A stretch of 64,000 nt of DNA from a virus (IMGVR_UViG_3300046820_000635), one strand, 5' to 3'. Numbered from the stretch's first letter, positions 45,831-55,570 are shown. Translations and numbers: made by a program. Notes: a model not told the origin generated them from the sequence alone.

Positions 45831-46146
45831 GCAAAAGTTCTTTGACGAGATCAAAGGTATTCAGAGAATCGTCATTAATGACTGCTACGGTGGCTTTGGC
45901 CTGAGCAGTCGTGCTGAAACTGAATATAAGAAACTTGCTGGTATTCCTGCAGATGATCAATGGAGTCACTATGATATTCCCCGTGACGATCCTTATCTTG
46001 TTAAGGTAGTAAGAGAGTTGGGCATGGCAGCAAATGGTGCTCATGCTAATCTTAAGATCGTTGAAGTGCCCGGGGATGTCCTGTGGGATATTGCAGAGTA
46101 CGATGGTGTAGAATGGGTTGCTGAAAAGCATCGCACATGGTCATGA
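45823..46146 (+). CDS. hypothetical protein ending ...HRTWS (tggtcatga junction, like the paralog family)
   Basis: 107 aa. Confidence 0.45.
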   Translation: MNKQKFFDEIKGIQRIVINDCYGGFGLSSRAETEYKKLAGIPADDQWSHYDIPRDDPYLVKVVRELGMAANGAHANLKIVEVPGDVLWDIAEYDGVEWVAEKHRTWS

Positions 46147-46340
46147 AAGTAGAACCCACAAGCTATCCCGGTTGGTCAGACCATCCTACTTATCTTGTTC
46201 GCACATTCAAAGACTACGAAGAAGTTTGTATGTGGATGTACAAAAATCAAGTAGAACATTTCTTGTTAAGTTCTGGATCCAACGGGTACACGTTTCAAGT
46301 TAGAGGTAAGAAGGAATGGTTTGAACTAAAATGGGGTTAA
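46143..46340 (+). CDS. paralog-family small protein 1 (C-term ...FELKWG)
   Basis: ATGA coupling. C-terminal family motif. Confidence 0.5.
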   Translation: MKVEPTSYPGWSDHPTYLVRTFKDYEEVCMWMYKNQVEHFLLSSGSNGYTFQVRGKKEWFELKWG

Positions 46341-46630
46341 TAGCAGTAAAAGGTGGTTGGGTAGCTATGCGTACAACATCAGTTAATCATTGGCAGTTTT
46401 ATGACGGAGTAACTCCGATTAATCCAGGTAATATATTTGGAGAGATAGTTCCGCCACGTGGATGGACCTGTTGGGTATATCCCGAAAACGATCAAGCATT
46501 TGAGGATTGGATGGCTACAAACTGTCCTACAGCAGAATGTACACATCGTTTTAACAGTGGAGATCCTATGTATACTGTTAATATTACAGACGACAAAGAG
46601 GCAACTATGTTTCAGCTGAAGTGGCTATGA
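46331..46630 (+). CDS. paralog-family small protein 2 (…DDKEATMFQLKWL)
   Basis: C-terminal E.DA..F.LKW motif. Confidence 0.5.
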   Translation: MGLIAVKGGWVAMRTTSVNHWQFYDGVTPINPGNIFGEIVPPRGWTCWVYPENDQAFEDWMATNCPTAECTHRFNSGDPMYTVNITDDKEATMFQLKWL

Positions 46631-46881
46631 AACCAATCATCCTTTCGAAACCTCAGTGGTATTCACTCAAGGAAAAGGTTAACCAAGATTATCCTCCTAG
46701 TGTAAGTCTTGTTCGAGAGAAGATGAAACGTGTGCTAGGCTTTACTCCTAGATTGCACGAAACGTGGGATGCACGTACAGGCTATAACATAGAAATGCAC
46801 TTAGATTTTTTCGACGATCAAAAACGAACAATGTTTCTTTTAAAGTATAGTGAATATGTCTCACAAAATCGCAACACTTGA
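46627..46881 (+). CDS. paralog-family small protein 3 (…DDQKRTMFLLKYS…)
   Basis: ATGA coupling. Motif present, with an 11-aa extension after it. Confidence 0.5.
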   Translation: MKPIILSKPQWYSLKEKVNQDYPPSVSLVREKMKRVLGFTPRLHETWDARTGYNIEMHLDFFDDQKRTMFLLKYSEYVSQNRNT

Positions 46882-47089
46882 CGAAATAATGTCCACTCGT
46901 GTTAAACAACAGTGGATGTATCGTGTTGACGTTACTGTCAACTCTGCAGAGATGGATAAGATGACTGCCTGGTGTGAAACCAATGCTAGAGGAGCATGGC
47001 GAGTTAATACTAAATTTATTGAATATTTTCAGTTTGAAAAAGACAGTGATGCTATGATGTTTATGTTAAAGTTTGGCGGTTCTCAATGA
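46850..47089 (+). CDS. paralog-family small protein 4 (…EKDSDAMMFMLKFGGSQ)
   Basis: C-terminal motif. Confidence 0.5.
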   Translation: MNMSHKIATLDEIMSTRVKQQWMYRVDVTVNSAEMDKMTAWCETNARGAWRVNTKFIEYFQFEKDSDAMMFMLKFGGSQ

Positions 47090-47448
47090 AACCCTGCATC
47101 TGGTATCATACCGCTGATAAAAATCCGGGCAGTAGTGGATTTTATCTCAGCCTTCGAGGTTGGGGTATTGCTGGTAAAGCAGACTACGATAGCGACTATG
47201 GTTATCTCTACTACGATAAAAAAAGAAATCAATGGAGAGAATACGACTCCATTAACAGTCACAGTGCTATTGTATATTACTGGACTGAGGCAGATCCGGG
47301 CAAATGGGTGGACAACGATCCTCCGGTAACTCATCGTAAGAGCATAACCACTGAGGCAAATGCTTCACTGAAGAGTGCTTGGGAAAATGTTGAAAAAGCA
47401 GTTGAACAATATAATCTAATTAAGGCACTATCAAATGATGTTGAATAA
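47086..47448 (+). CDS. array gene 5, no C-terminal motif
   Basis: 120 aa, W-rich, ATGA-coupled. Confidence 0.4.
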   Translation: MKPCIWYHTADKNPGSSGFYLSLRGWGIAGKADYDSDYGYLYYDKKRNQWREYDSINSHSAIVYYWTEADPGKWVDNDPPVTHRKSITTEANASLKSAWENVEKAVEQYNLIKALSNDVE

Positions 47449-47872
47449 TCTAACCGATAAAGAACTTATCAATCACGTTATCAAGTTTGATAATGACCCT
47501 ATTCGTATCCGTCTTGCTACGGCGAACGAAAGAACTACGGGAGCTATCTGGGACGATCTAGTTGATGTGGGTATGGACGAAACCTACTGCACGTTTACCA
47601 GCGAATGGGGTAGTAATATGCACGTTGGGCGTTACATTCAACATCTTCGCGAAGAGCTTGAAATTCGTGATGATGAGCTTCATAACCTACGCGAAGAGCT
47701 TGAAGAACAAAAAGCTCGCACTATTGCTGATTTGATTAACGAACTTAATCAACAGATTACTACAGAACGTTACATAGCAAAAGAAGCTCGTATGGATCTA
47801 GACAAAGCACGTCAAGAAGCAGCCGATGCCAAAGAAAAACTTAAAATGTGGAATCACTTGCGGACACCGTGA
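47435..47872 (+). CDS. array gene 6, coiled-coil protein, no motif
   Basis: 145 aa. Confidence 0.4.
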   Translation: MMLNNLTDKELINHVIKFDNDPIRIRLATANERTTGAIWDDLVDVGMDETYCTFTSEWGSNMHVGRYIQHLREELEIRDDELHNLREELEEQKARTIADLINELNQQITTERYIAKEARMDLDKARQEAADAKEKLKMWNHLRTP

Positions 47873-48129
47873 TGGAAATCTTTAACAGAGAGCAAGACGG
47901 ATATCCGGCTACAGCTGATCCTAAGGCGGTTAAAAGCTCGTCTGCTTTCTGGTTGCACCTAAGGTGGGTGGGCAGTGACGGAGTGAGCCGCTACAAGATC
48001 GAAGCCAATCAGGAAGTAATAGATTGGTTAACACGATCTGACCCTAATCGTAAGAATTGGTGGCCCATTAACGGCAAGATAAATGTCAACGAAGTGTTGT
48101 ATTTGCCTCTTGTGCTAAAGTTCAAATGA
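47848..48129 (+). CDS. array gene 7 (…LPLVLKFK)
   Basis: Weak motif. Confidence 0.4.
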   Translation: MESLADTVMEIFNREQDGYPATADPKAVKSSSAFWLHLRWVGSDGVSRYKIEANQEVIDWLTRSDPNRKNWWPINGKINVNEVLYLPLVLKFK

Positions 48130-48146
48130 CTGTATAATTCTTTCCT

Positions 48147-48488
48147 ATGCAACTTCAACCCTGGCAACAAGACATGTTAACAAAACTAGACGGCGTTAAA
48201 CCCAGTGAGCTGATGGTTATTAGTTCTGGTCGTCAGATAGGGAAGAGTTACTTAAACGCCTTTATGAAAGAATTGTATTACATGGCAACACCTTACCGAT
48301 ACATCAGCGAAGCAACGGTGGACGGAGAGAAGTGGTACACAGTTACGGGTCAGAAACCCGTATGTGCATGGATTCGTACACAGGATAATAAGTTCTGGCA
48401 CGAACACATCGACAGCACTTGGCACATTAGTTACAATACATTTGACATCCACGAAAAGATTTACACAATGTTGGGGATGAAGTTCTAA
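48147..48488 (+). CDS. array gene 8 (…TMLGMKF)
   Basis: 113 aa, weak motif. Confidence 0.4.
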   Translation: MQLQPWQQDMLTKLDGVKPSELMVISSGRQIGKSYLNAFMKELYYMATPYRYISEATVDGEKWYTVTGQKPVCAWIRTQDNKFWHEHIDSTWHISYNTFDIHEKIYTMLGMKF

Positions 48489-48733
48489 TGGTAACTACTC
48501 GACCTTATCGTAAAACTAACCCTCGTTCAATCCGTGGTGCTCGTAAACAGGGCTGGCATATTGTTAAGGTGCCTGGAAACACTATGGAACGATTTAACAC
48601 CAGTTGGCTAGGACTGGTAATGTGGACTACACATAAAACTCGTGGAAACTTTGTTAACAACTTTGTTCTAAGAGAGTTTGCCTTTGAGACTATTGAAGAT
48701 GCTAGTTGGTTTACTATGAAATGGTGCATATGA
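48488..48733 (+). CDS. paralog-family small protein 9 (…TIEDASWFTMKWCI)
   Basis: TAATG coupling, motif present. Confidence 0.5.
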   Translation: MVTTRPYRKTNPRSIRGARKQGWHIVKVPGNTMERFNTSWLGLVMWTTHKTRGNFVNNFVLREFAFETIEDASWFTMKWCI

Positions 48734-48999
48734 AAAGACTCATTCATAATAACATGACTGTTAGTGAGCAGTTTGCTCACATGAAGCAGTTTGAGGAAGT
48801 AACTGATCAAGCATGGCGTGTTCACGCACCTGTTGGATCCTACAGCAATGCTGATCTAAAACGTGATTTTGTTGAAGAAAGATTTGGCATTAGATGTAAA
48901 GTACTAATAACAGATTCTGTTCTTCATCAAGGTCGACTAGTTGAACCTAGGGTCGTAGACGAAAAGAAATGTTTATTTTATTTGATTAAAAGCCAATGA
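48730..48999 (+). CDS. array gene 10 (…LFYLIKSQ)
   Basis: ATGA coupling. Confidence 0.45.
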   Translation: MKRLIHNNMTVSEQFAHMKQFEEVTDQAWRVHAPVGSYSNADLKRDFVEERFGIRCKVLITDSVLHQGRLVEPRVVDEKKCLFYLIKSQ

Positions 49000-49295
49000 C
49001 AAAAATAGTTCGAACCATTGATCGTCGTAATGCTTTATATGGCAAATACAAGTATCAGGTTAAATCTGGTGCTATTGTTGGCGGAGCAGCCGAACCTAGA
49101 AAATGGTGCCGAGAAAAATGGGGGCCTCCAATACAATGGGTTGAACATAAAATCAGCGAAACCAGTTGGCAGTGTTGGAATGAAAAGAATCCGCGCTGGA
49201 CGGAAGTTAAGCGCCCAGGATTTAGTTCTCCTTTCATCTACATTCGTGATGAAGCTGATGCTGTAATGTTCGGACTTGTTTGGTCCACAAAATGA
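48996..49295 (+). CDS. paralog-family small protein 11 (…RDEADAVMFGLVWSTK)
   Basis: Motif present. Confidence 0.5.
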   Translation: MTKIVRTIDRRNALYGKYKYQVKSGAIVGGAAEPRKWCREKWGPPIQWVEHKISETSWQCWNEKNPRWTEVKRPGFSSPFIYIRDEADAVMFGLVWSTK

Positions 49296-49495
49296 CCAGT
49301 GCAAAGTTTTGGTGTAAACATTTTGTAGCTTTACCACACCTTGAAGTCGGTGTACGTCGAGAAGCTGCCGAATGGGCATTATCAAGATTCGGCTCACAGC
49401 AAGTTGATATATTTCATAATAACCCTACAGGACGACCGGGCTTTTACTTCGAACACGAAAAAGATGCTATACTGTTTGCACTAAGATGGAGTTAA
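49292..49495 (+). CDS. paralog-family small protein 12 (…FEHEKDAILFALRWS)
   Basis: ATGA coupling, canonical motif. Confidence 0.55.
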   Translation: MTSAKFWCKHFVALPHLEVGVRREAAEWALSRFGSQQVDIFHNNPTGRPGFYFEHEKDAILFALRWS

Positions 49496-49499
49496 TGCT

Positions 49500-49754
49500 G
49501 TGTGGACCACGCCTAGAGTTGTAAACAAGATCGAAATCGGTTACGCACCGGAATATGATCAACCTTATTGGGTTGAACTAAATCTCCGTGGCTCACAGAC
49601 ATATCTCCAATACGAAGAGGTTCATCGCTGGGTTAACGAAAAGTTTGGCGAAAAAACAGCAGCTTGGAATAATCCACGTTGGAGTGCCAGTAATCGCAAA
49701 TATTGGTTTAAGTATGAAAAAGATCGAACACTTTTTGTATTGAGGTGGGTATGA
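49500..49754 (+). CDS. paralog-family small protein 13 (…YEKDRTLFVLRWV)
   Basis: GTG start. Motif present. Confidence 0.5.
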   Translation: MWTTPRVVNKIEIGYAPEYDQPYWVELNLRGSQTYLQYEEVHRWVNEKFGEKTAAWNNPRWSASNRKYWFKYEKDRTLFVLRWV

Positions 49755-49963
49755 CAGCACAATACAGCCGCAGCCAAGAGCTTGTGCATCGTGTGGAAGT
49801 GCCACATTCAGGTGGATGGATTTGGGGTAAAGATCAGAGATTCGAATGGTGCGAACGGCACTGTCAAGACAACTATCGTGGCGCCATGTTTCGTCGAGAT
49901 CGAACTGTATGGCATTTTAAATCCCAGCAGGATGCTCTATTGTTTGCGTTGAAGTGGTCATGA
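49751..49963 (+). CDS. paralog-family small protein 14 (…SQQDALLFALKWS)
   Basis: ATGA coupling. Confidence 0.55.
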   Translation: MTAQYSRSQELVHRVEVPHSGGWIWGKDQRFEWCERHCQDNYRGAMFRRDRTVWHFKSQQDALLFALKWS

Positions 49964-50322
49964 AACAAGACGATATACAAAGAACAATCAATATGCTCAG
50001 GCATACTATTCCTGTGAGCATAGCACAGTCCATTGTAGGTGTACAACCAATAGATGCTGGCTCTTTCTTTGCTCCCCACATTCCAAAAGTTACATCTAAA
50101 TCGAAATATCAATTCAGCCGTGCTAAATGGCACACAGTTGATATCGGCGATGGTGTCTGGCGTCTAAGCCGTGAGTATAACGAAATCATCAAATGGTGTA
50201 CTGAACATTTTGGAAAACATCCAAACAAACCAGATGCATGGAGTCGTTGGTGGGTTGGTTTAGGAGTTATTAACTTCCGCGACGAAAAAGATTTTGTGTT
50301 TTATCAGTTGAAGTGGTCATGA
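49960..50322 (+). CDS. paralog-family small protein 15 (…RDEKDFVFYQLKWS)
   Basis: ATGA coupling. Confidence 0.55.
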   Translation: MKQDDIQRTINMLRHTIPVSIAQSIVGVQPIDAGSFFAPHIPKVTSKSKYQFSRAKWHTVDIGDGVWRLSREYNEIIKWCTEHFGKHPNKPDAWSRWWVGLGVINFRDEKDFVFYQLKWS

Positions 50323-50555
50323 GGGTAGAGTTTTATCAAGGTGTGCCCGAAGGTTGTACTGAATGGCTAAACAAACATGTAGGCAAAGGTAATATAACTG
50401 GGTTTGTTGACGATGACGATTATGCTTGGTTTTATGAGCGTATTAAGAAGCCTGTTCGTCTGGAAACAGTTTATGATGACCCGTGGCGATATGTACCCAC
50501 TATCACAGTGAAAGATGAAAAGAAAGCAATATTGTTTGTTATGAGGTGGTCATGA
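50319..50555 (+). CDS. paralog-family small protein 16 (…KDEKKAILFVMRWS)
   Basis: ATGA coupling; GAGGTGGTCATGA junction. Confidence 0.55.
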   Translation: MRVEFYQGVPEGCTEWLNKHVGKGNITGFVDDDDYAWFYERIKKPVRLETVYDDPWRYVPTITVKDEKKAILFVMRWS

Positions 50556-50773
50556 GAGTAGATATAAAACCGCAGTGGAAGAAACTAGCAAACTGGTATT
50601 GGGATAATGCCGGTGGCTACGAAGGCGTTGGCATGAGTATCTGGGACATGTTACAACGCGACTACGGTGCTTTTAAAGTGTTTAACATTAACAGTGTAAG
50701 AGACGATCGTAAAATGTGGGTTCGATTTCCTGATGAAAAAATGTATATGTTGTTTTTATTGAGGTGGTCATGA
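50552..50773 (+). CDS. paralog-family small protein 17 (…PDEKMYMLFLLRWS)
   Basis: ATGA coupling; GAGGTGGTCATGA junction. Confidence 0.55.
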   Translation: MRVDIKPQWKKLANWYWDNAGGYEGVGMSIWDMLQRDYGAFKVFNINSVRDDRKMWVRFPDEKMYMLFLLRWS

Positions 50774-50994
50774 ATCACTTGCCTAGAAAAGGACAGTACG
50801 AACTGTTTAGTCATGGTATGAAAACACATTGCTTCGACGATTTAGATCTCGAAGCTGTTAAATCAACTCCGGAAATGTTCGAATGGTTGCGTAGTCAAGA
50901 TCCGGAACTGTGTCGTCCAATGGACGATACAAATGTTGCATTTTATCTCGATCCTAAACTTTATTTGTTATGGAAGTTAAAATGGGCCTCGTAA
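50770..50994 (+). CDS. paralog-family small protein 18 (…LYLLWKLKWAS)
   Basis: ATGA coupling. Confidence 0.5.
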   Translation: MNHLPRKGQYELFSHGMKTHCFDDLDLEAVKSTPEMFEWLRSQDPELCRPMDDTNVAFYLDPKLYLLWKLKWAS

Positions 50995-51338
50995 AAATAC
51001 AGGGAAAGAAAACATTTTATGATGGACAAACAGTCTACATCATTGGCGGTATAACTCCTCACAAATTTCACAAATTTTATAAAGACACAGAGAGTGATGC
51101 GTTTGTTATGAACTGGTGTGATCAAGAACGTGCGCATCATGCGCTGCGTAGGGCGATCAGGCATCATCTTCCTGGGATAACTGAGTGGTTGTCTACAAAC
51201 AATGCCGAAACTACATGTTGGGTTGATCCGGATATTTTTAGATCAATAACTACTGATATGTTTACTGACTATCCTTGGGGTATTGGTTTTAAGAAAGACG
51301 ATCCGTTAGAATCTTGGTTTGTTATGAGGTGGTCATGA
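50970..51338 (+). CDS. paralog-family small protein 19 (…DDPLESWFVMRWS)
   Basis: 122 aa. Confidence 0.5.
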   Translation: MEVKMGLVKIQGKKTFYDGQTVYIIGGITPHKFHKFYKDTESDAFVMNWCDQERAHHALRRAIRHHLPGITEWLSTNNAETTCWVDPDIFRSITTDMFTDYPWGIGFKKDDPLESWFVMRWS

Positions 51339-51577
51339 AACCTTGTGAACTGCAACCAATATTAGCAAGAGCTGTAGAAACCGTTGGACCGAAAAATTAC
51401 TGGGAACTTCCGCCGGATTCACTAATAATCACTGGCAATCCAAAATATGATGCACAACTTCATTATGTGTTAGTTGAGTTCGGAGTAGATGTAAAGTTAG
51501 ATAAGAATCACGGCATGGAAGATTATCATATAGTCGATGATCAAAAGTTCATGATGTTTTTGTTGAGGTGGTTATGA
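51335..51577 (+). CDS. paralog-family small protein 20 (…DDQKFMMFLLRWL)
   Basis: ATGA coupling. Confidence 0.55.
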   Translation: MKPCELQPILARAVETVGPKNYWELPPDSLIITGNPKYDAQLHYVLVEFGVDVKLDKNHGMEDYHIVDDQKFMMFLLRWL

Positions 51578-51846
51578 AAGTCAAAAACACATTAAGCATA
51601 GATAAAGTCTGGTATACCTTGCCGGACAAGATGGAGAACTTTACTGGGAGCAGGGTAGACGATGTAGAGGCACGGCGGTATATTCGAAATAACTTTCCCC
51701 AGCAACAATACACTGGTATAGACAAGTTTGACAATGTAATAATCTGGTGCCACGCACACTTGGGCAACAACTTTGTTTGGGACTGGGAAACTTTTTATTT
51801 CAAGACCGAGCAAGATCGGGTGTTCTTTTTGTTGAAGTGGTCATGA
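51574..51846 (+). CDS. paralog-family small protein 21 (…KTEQDRVFFLLKWS)
   Basis: ATGA coupling. Confidence 0.55.
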   Translation: MKVKNTLSIDKVWYTLPDKMENFTGSRVDDVEARRYIRNNFPQQQYTGIDKFDNVIIWCHAHLGNNFVWDWETFYFKTEQDRVFFLLKWS

Positions 51847-52043
51847 TCAAAAAGCAATACCGTAGAGGCCAAAGAGGTTATTTTAATAACTTTATCATAT
51901 CTCACGATGGCAATGAGATAATAGAAGAAAAGTTAAAAGCCTTTAATGCCACTCTGGGCAAAAGTAAAAATAAACATGCTATAATGAATGTTAAATGGCA
52001 CGATAAAAATCTGTATGTAATGTTTGTATTGAGATGGACATGA
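51843..52043 (+). CDS. paralog-family small protein 22 (…HDKNLYVMFVLRWT)
   Basis: ATGA coupling. Confidence 0.55.
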   Translation: MIKKQYRRGQRGYFNNFIISHDGNEIIEEKLKAFNATLGKSKNKHAIMNVKWHDKNLYVMFVLRWT

Positions 52044-52246
52044 AATATTGGAACAAGGATAAAAAGGTTCGGCAATCTCATTGGTACAAAGTTTCAATGA
52101 AAGATCGACAAGGATGGAACTATCATACAATCAAACGTGAGTTGCAACTAACACACAGTAGCGGCAAGTTCTATTTGTATTACGGTAGCACGGCTATTTG
52201 GTTTGAGCGTGAACAAGATGCCATGTGGTGGATATTAAAGTCATGA
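52040..52246 (+). CDS. paralog-family small protein 23 (…EREQDAMWWILKS)
   Basis: ATGA coupling. Confidence 0.5.
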   Translation: MKYWNKDKKVRQSHWYKVSMKDRQGWNYHTIKRELQLTHSSGKFYLYYGSTAIWFEREQDAMWWILKS

Positions 52247-52446
52247 AAAAATACGGTCTTGTAGTCGAACATTGGGATTGGAAATACAAAACGGACGTGC
52301 GACTATGGTTGCAGGAGAACTTCGGCCCGGGTGGCGTAGGTGGTCCTAACTGCAATAAGCGATGGGGCGAAGAATATGATTACGGTCTTGAAAATCTCTA
52401 CATGGACGAAGATATTTTTGTAATGTATAACTTGAGGTGGTCATAA
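52243..52446 (+). CDS. paralog-family small protein 24 (…DEDIFVMYNLRWS)
   Basis: ATGA coupling. Confidence 0.55.
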   Translation: MKKYGLVVEHWDWKYKTDVRLWLQENFGPGGVGGPNCNKRWGEEYDYGLENLYMDEDIFVMYNLRWS

Positions 52447-52766
52447 TGGCAATCAAACCTAACGATTGTGTGATTAGAATTGAAGATCTAATTATTGGTA
52501 CAAAGGAAGTTGTTGACAGTTGGAATGGTCGTATGGTAGAAGTTGATCGGTATGAGCAGTATTGGGAAAATTTTCAAGAACACATAAATGAAGTTTCAAA
52601 AAGTATCACGCAAACAACGTGGAATCAATCTCCATATGACATAGCATTTGAGCAGGAACTTAATAAGCATGGCGGATCACTCAAGCAAACTAAAAATTGG
52701 AATAATCGATATATTAAGTTTAAGAGCCATTCTCATCTAACAATGTTTGTATTGAGGTTTTCGTGA
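52446..52766 (+). CDS. paralog-family small protein 25 (…SHSHLTMFVLRFS)
   Basis: TAATG coupling. Confidence 0.5.
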   Translation: MAIKPNDCVIRIEDLIIGTKEVVDSWNGRMVEVDRYEQYWENFQEHINEVSKSITQTTWNQSPYDIAFEQELNKHGGSLKQTKNWNNRYIKFKSHSHLTMFVLRFS

Positions 52767-52954
52767 GTAATCCTTATAAGTATCGTGTAGAGTTTCGACG
52801 AACAGGGGATTGGTACGACAGTGGAGGCATGTGGTATCAAATCTCTTCTTGGTGTAATCGAACATTTGGTGCCGGTAACTGGGATTATTTTTACGATGGA
52901 TTTGTTTTTGAAAAGGAAAGCGACTATATGTTGTTTAAACTAAAATGGCTGTAA
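52763..52954 (+). CDS. paralog-family small protein 26 (…EKESDYMLFKLKWL)
   Basis: GTGA overlap start. Confidence 0.5.
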   Translation: MSNPYKYRVEFRRTGDWYDSGGMWYQISSWCNRTFGAGNWDYFYDGFVFEKESDYMLFKLKWL

Positions 52955-53277
52955 TGCATATAAACAACACCGGCCGTCCTATTCGATATAGAACATGGAT
53001 GACTCGCGCTTCTCTAGTTACTTCAAATCATTTTGTGGTACTTAAAAGTCACAACATTCCGGCGAGATATTTGTTAGATTCGGATGTGCTAACAGCACCT
53101 AATGGATCTCACTACAGGTATTCTAATAGCGACCCTAGGGCCGAGTTTGAAACCACTTGCGACGAACAAGATGTTGTGTTACAATTACTATACGGTAAAG
53201 ACCTTATTCTACTAATGGAAGAAGTAGTCTTGCCTAACACATATTCTGTCTGTACACTTTCTACAATGAACATCTAA
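52945..53277 (+). CDS. array gene 27, no motif
   Basis: 110 aa. Confidence 0.4.
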   Translation: MAVMHINNTGRPIRYRTWMTRASLVTSNHFVVLKSHNIPARYLLDSDVLTAPNGSHYRYSNSDPRAEFETTCDEQDVVLQLLYGKDLILLMEEVVLPNTYSVCTLSTMNI

Positions 53278-53561
53278 TGACCCGATACTCGTTTAATCCA
53301 ATTGAACAAAACTTTCAAGAATGGGATACTGAACAGCGGCGACGACGAAACGAGTATTGGAAAAAGTTACACATGGCAAGGGCTGATTTCTTCAACAGCA
53401 CTGTTGAAAAAGAACATCCTACTACTTCTTCATTTTACTACTATATGCAGAATAAATGGGGTGTAAAAATGATGCTTGACGATAATCAGAATATTACAAG
53501 AGAATATAAAATCGTAGATGAATCAAAGTACCTAATGTTTTTAATGAAATATGGCAGTTAG
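53277..53561 (+). CDS. paralog-family small protein 28 (…DESKYLMFLMKYGS)
   Basis: TAATGA coupling. Confidence 0.5.
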   Translation: MTRYSFNPIEQNFQEWDTEQRRRRNEYWKKLHMARADFFNSTVEKEHPTTSSFYYYMQNKWGVKMMLDDNQNITREYKIVDESKYLMFLMKYGS

Positions 53562-53928
53562 AACTCTAAAGCGTAAAGTACTGATCCGTGAGTACGATTA
53601 CAAAAAAGTTAAAGCCCAGGCATTTACGTCGGTGGGTATTTCCACATTATATGATCGTGCTAGTTTTACTCCAGTGTCGTTTAGCGATATTGAAAAGCAT
53701 CAGATGCTGGAGATTTTAAAAGGCAAAACAGAAACTACCTGGCGAGACTTAGAACAGCCCGCACTTGCCCTATACTCTGTAAGAGATTATCTATATGATG
53801 TTCGTTATTATGATTGGCGAGTAACTTTTGACGAAGAAGGATATCTATGTGTACAGGCAAGAAAGAATACACCATTAAGTCGGATTGGTTGGGGGATCTT
53901 CGAAAAGGATCTCTTGGCGAGAATATGA
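53551..53928 (+). CDS. array gene 29, no motif
   Basis: 125 aa. Confidence 0.4.
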   Translation: MAVRTLKRKVLIREYDYKKVKAQAFTSVGISTLYDRASFTPVSFSDIEKHQMLEILKGKTETTWRDLEQPALALYSVRDYLYDVRYYDWRVTFDEEGYLCVQARKNTPLSRIGWGIFEKDLLARI

Positions 53929-54200
53929 CAGCTACACAAATATTAGAACAGAATTACATTGATGAAGCTGTCAAGCGCTCAGCTAAAGAACTTCACGACG
54001 AAATAGATTTTAGCATATTGGCAGATTTATATAAAAAGAATGGATGGACTGAAGTTGATTTTAATCCGTATCGACGGCATGAAGCTATTAAAGAATGGCT
54101 GAAGAATAATTGCAAAGGACATCGTATAAGTCGAGGTCGCCGCTTTTTGTTTCAAGATCAAAGTGATGCTATTAATTTTGTACTAAGATGGTCAGAATAA
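53925..54200 (+). CDS. paralog-family small protein 30 (…QDQSDAINFVLRWSE)
   Basis: ATGA coupling. Confidence 0.5.
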   Translation: MTATQILEQNYIDEAVKRSAKELHDEIDFSILADLYKKNGWTEVDFNPYRRHEAIKEWLKNNCKGHRISRGRRFLFQDQSDAINFVLRWSE

Positions 54201-54589
54201 AAGATTACATTGTAGACAAGTATCTCACTTGGCGTACAGGCAAGGACAAACTTCAGCGTGATTGGGAAGCCTGGTATGATGTAAATGTTGTCTATCGTGC
54301 CAGTACTATCGAAAATATGTTTATGCACTTTAAACATATCATCATTGTAGACTCTAATAGATTTATGGTAGAAGATCCGTTTGTGTGGAGGCCGTGTGAG
54401 GATGCTCGACAATATTTTTATCCTGCTCGCAGATTAGGAGAAAATTGTGTTTGGCGTTTTGAGCGAGTTAGAAAAGATCAATGGGACGGTCGTTGGCACA
54501 TCGACGAAATGGGTGGGAGCGATTATGTATTTGTAGCAACAAATTGTGAAAAAGATGCTATAATGATATCGTTAAAATATGCAGGTTGA
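54188..54589 (+). CDS. paralog-family small protein 31 (…CEKDAIMISLKYAG)
   Basis: 133 aa. Confidence 0.5.
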   Translation: MVRIKDYIVDKYLTWRTGKDKLQRDWEAWYDVNVVYRASTIENMFMHFKHIIIVDSNRFMVEDPFVWRPCEDARQYFYPARRLGENCVWRFERVRKDQWDGRWHIDEMGGSDYVFVATNCEKDAIMISLKYAG

Positions 54590-54595
54590 CAATAA

Positions 54596-54835
54596 ATGGC
54601 ACTTATCAATCACATTGACCAAGATCATGATTATAGGGTAGCGATCCCTTGGAATAAAGTTTGGACGAACTTAGCTGCTAGAGAACAGCAGTGGAATGAT
54701 GTGGCTGCTTATGCTCTCGAACATTTTGGTTTGCCCGGAGAAAGATACACCTGTCGTCCTACTACAAAAAATTTAGAGTTTTGGTTTCGTGCTGAGCTAG
54801 ATGCCCTTATGTTTCAAATACGATGGAGTTCATAA
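54596..54835 (+). CDS. paralog-family small protein 32 (…RAELDALMFQIRWSS)
   Basis: Motif present. Confidence 0.5.
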   Translation: MALINHIDQDHDYRVAIPWNKVWTNLAAREQQWNDVAAYALEHFGLPGERYTCRPTTKNLEFWFRAELDALMFQIRWSS

Positions 54836-55047
54836 TGGGACAGAAAATCTTTAAGGAAAAAGGTGGCTTGTCCTTTCGCAGTGACGAACGTGATATCGCT
54901 GTTCCTTATTCTATGAGACAGGCAGTTTACGAATGGTGTGGAGCAAATAAGATTACTGTTGAGTATCAGGGCACGTTAGGTGGAACTGATGTTTGGCGTG
55001 TTAGAGATGAACAACAACGTGCTTGGTTTACTATGAGGTGGTCATGA
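54835..55047 (+). CDS. paralog-family small protein 33 (…RDEQQRAWFTMRWS)
   Basis: TAATG coupling. Confidence 0.5.
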   Translation: MGQKIFKEKGGLSFRSDERDIAVPYSMRQAVYEWCGANKITVEYQGTLGGTDVWRVRDEQQRAWFTMRWS

Positions 55048-55271
55048 TTCAAGCCAGCGTTAGATTAAATCAGCCCTTGGCTCCAAATCGATTCATTGAT
55101 GAAAGTCCTATCAATATATGGTTGTTGGCTAATATAGGTCAGTGTGCCAAGTTTCGAGACTCGATAACCAAAGAACATCCGTGGCATGTTGATCATCGAT
55201 ATGGATATCTTGTGTACAGTTTTGCTCGAGAGCAGGATGCTGTTATGTTTGCATTAAGATGGAGTAAATGA
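55044..55271 (+). CDS. paralog-family small protein 34 (…AREQDAVMFALRWSK)
   Basis: ATGA coupling. Confidence 0.55.
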   Translation: MIQASVRLNQPLAPNRFIDESPINIWLLANIGQCAKFRDSITKEHPWHVDHRYGYLVYSFAREQDAVMFALRWSK

Positions 55272-55570
55272 TGGAATATTTTTATGGCGGTGGTGGAAAT
55301 AATCGCCCGGACTTTACCTACAGATTCTTAGTTACTAGAGTCACAGAAGAAATGTTCCACTGGTGTGAACGCTATCCACTAACAGGTCCCTTTGAACGCT
55401 GGCACGTAATCTATAACTACAGGGATCACGGATACAGAAAAGGCAAACCGGAAGCAGATATCGTTGAGATTCCGCTTATACAGTTCGAAAACAAACAGGC
55501 TGCTTTTATGTTTAGTCTTGCTTTCAGTGAATACATAGTAGAAGACAAAACTTTTAGCTTTGCCAAATGA
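55268..55570 (+). CDS. paralog-family small protein 35 (…ENKQAAFMFSLAFSEY…)
   Basis: ATGA coupling. Motif present, followed by a 14-aa extension. Confidence 0.5.
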   Translation: MMEYFYGGGGNNRPDFTYRFLVTRVTEEMFHWCERYPLTGPFERWHVIYNYRDHGYRKGKPEADIVEIPLIQFENKQAAFMFSLAFSEYIVEDKTFSFAK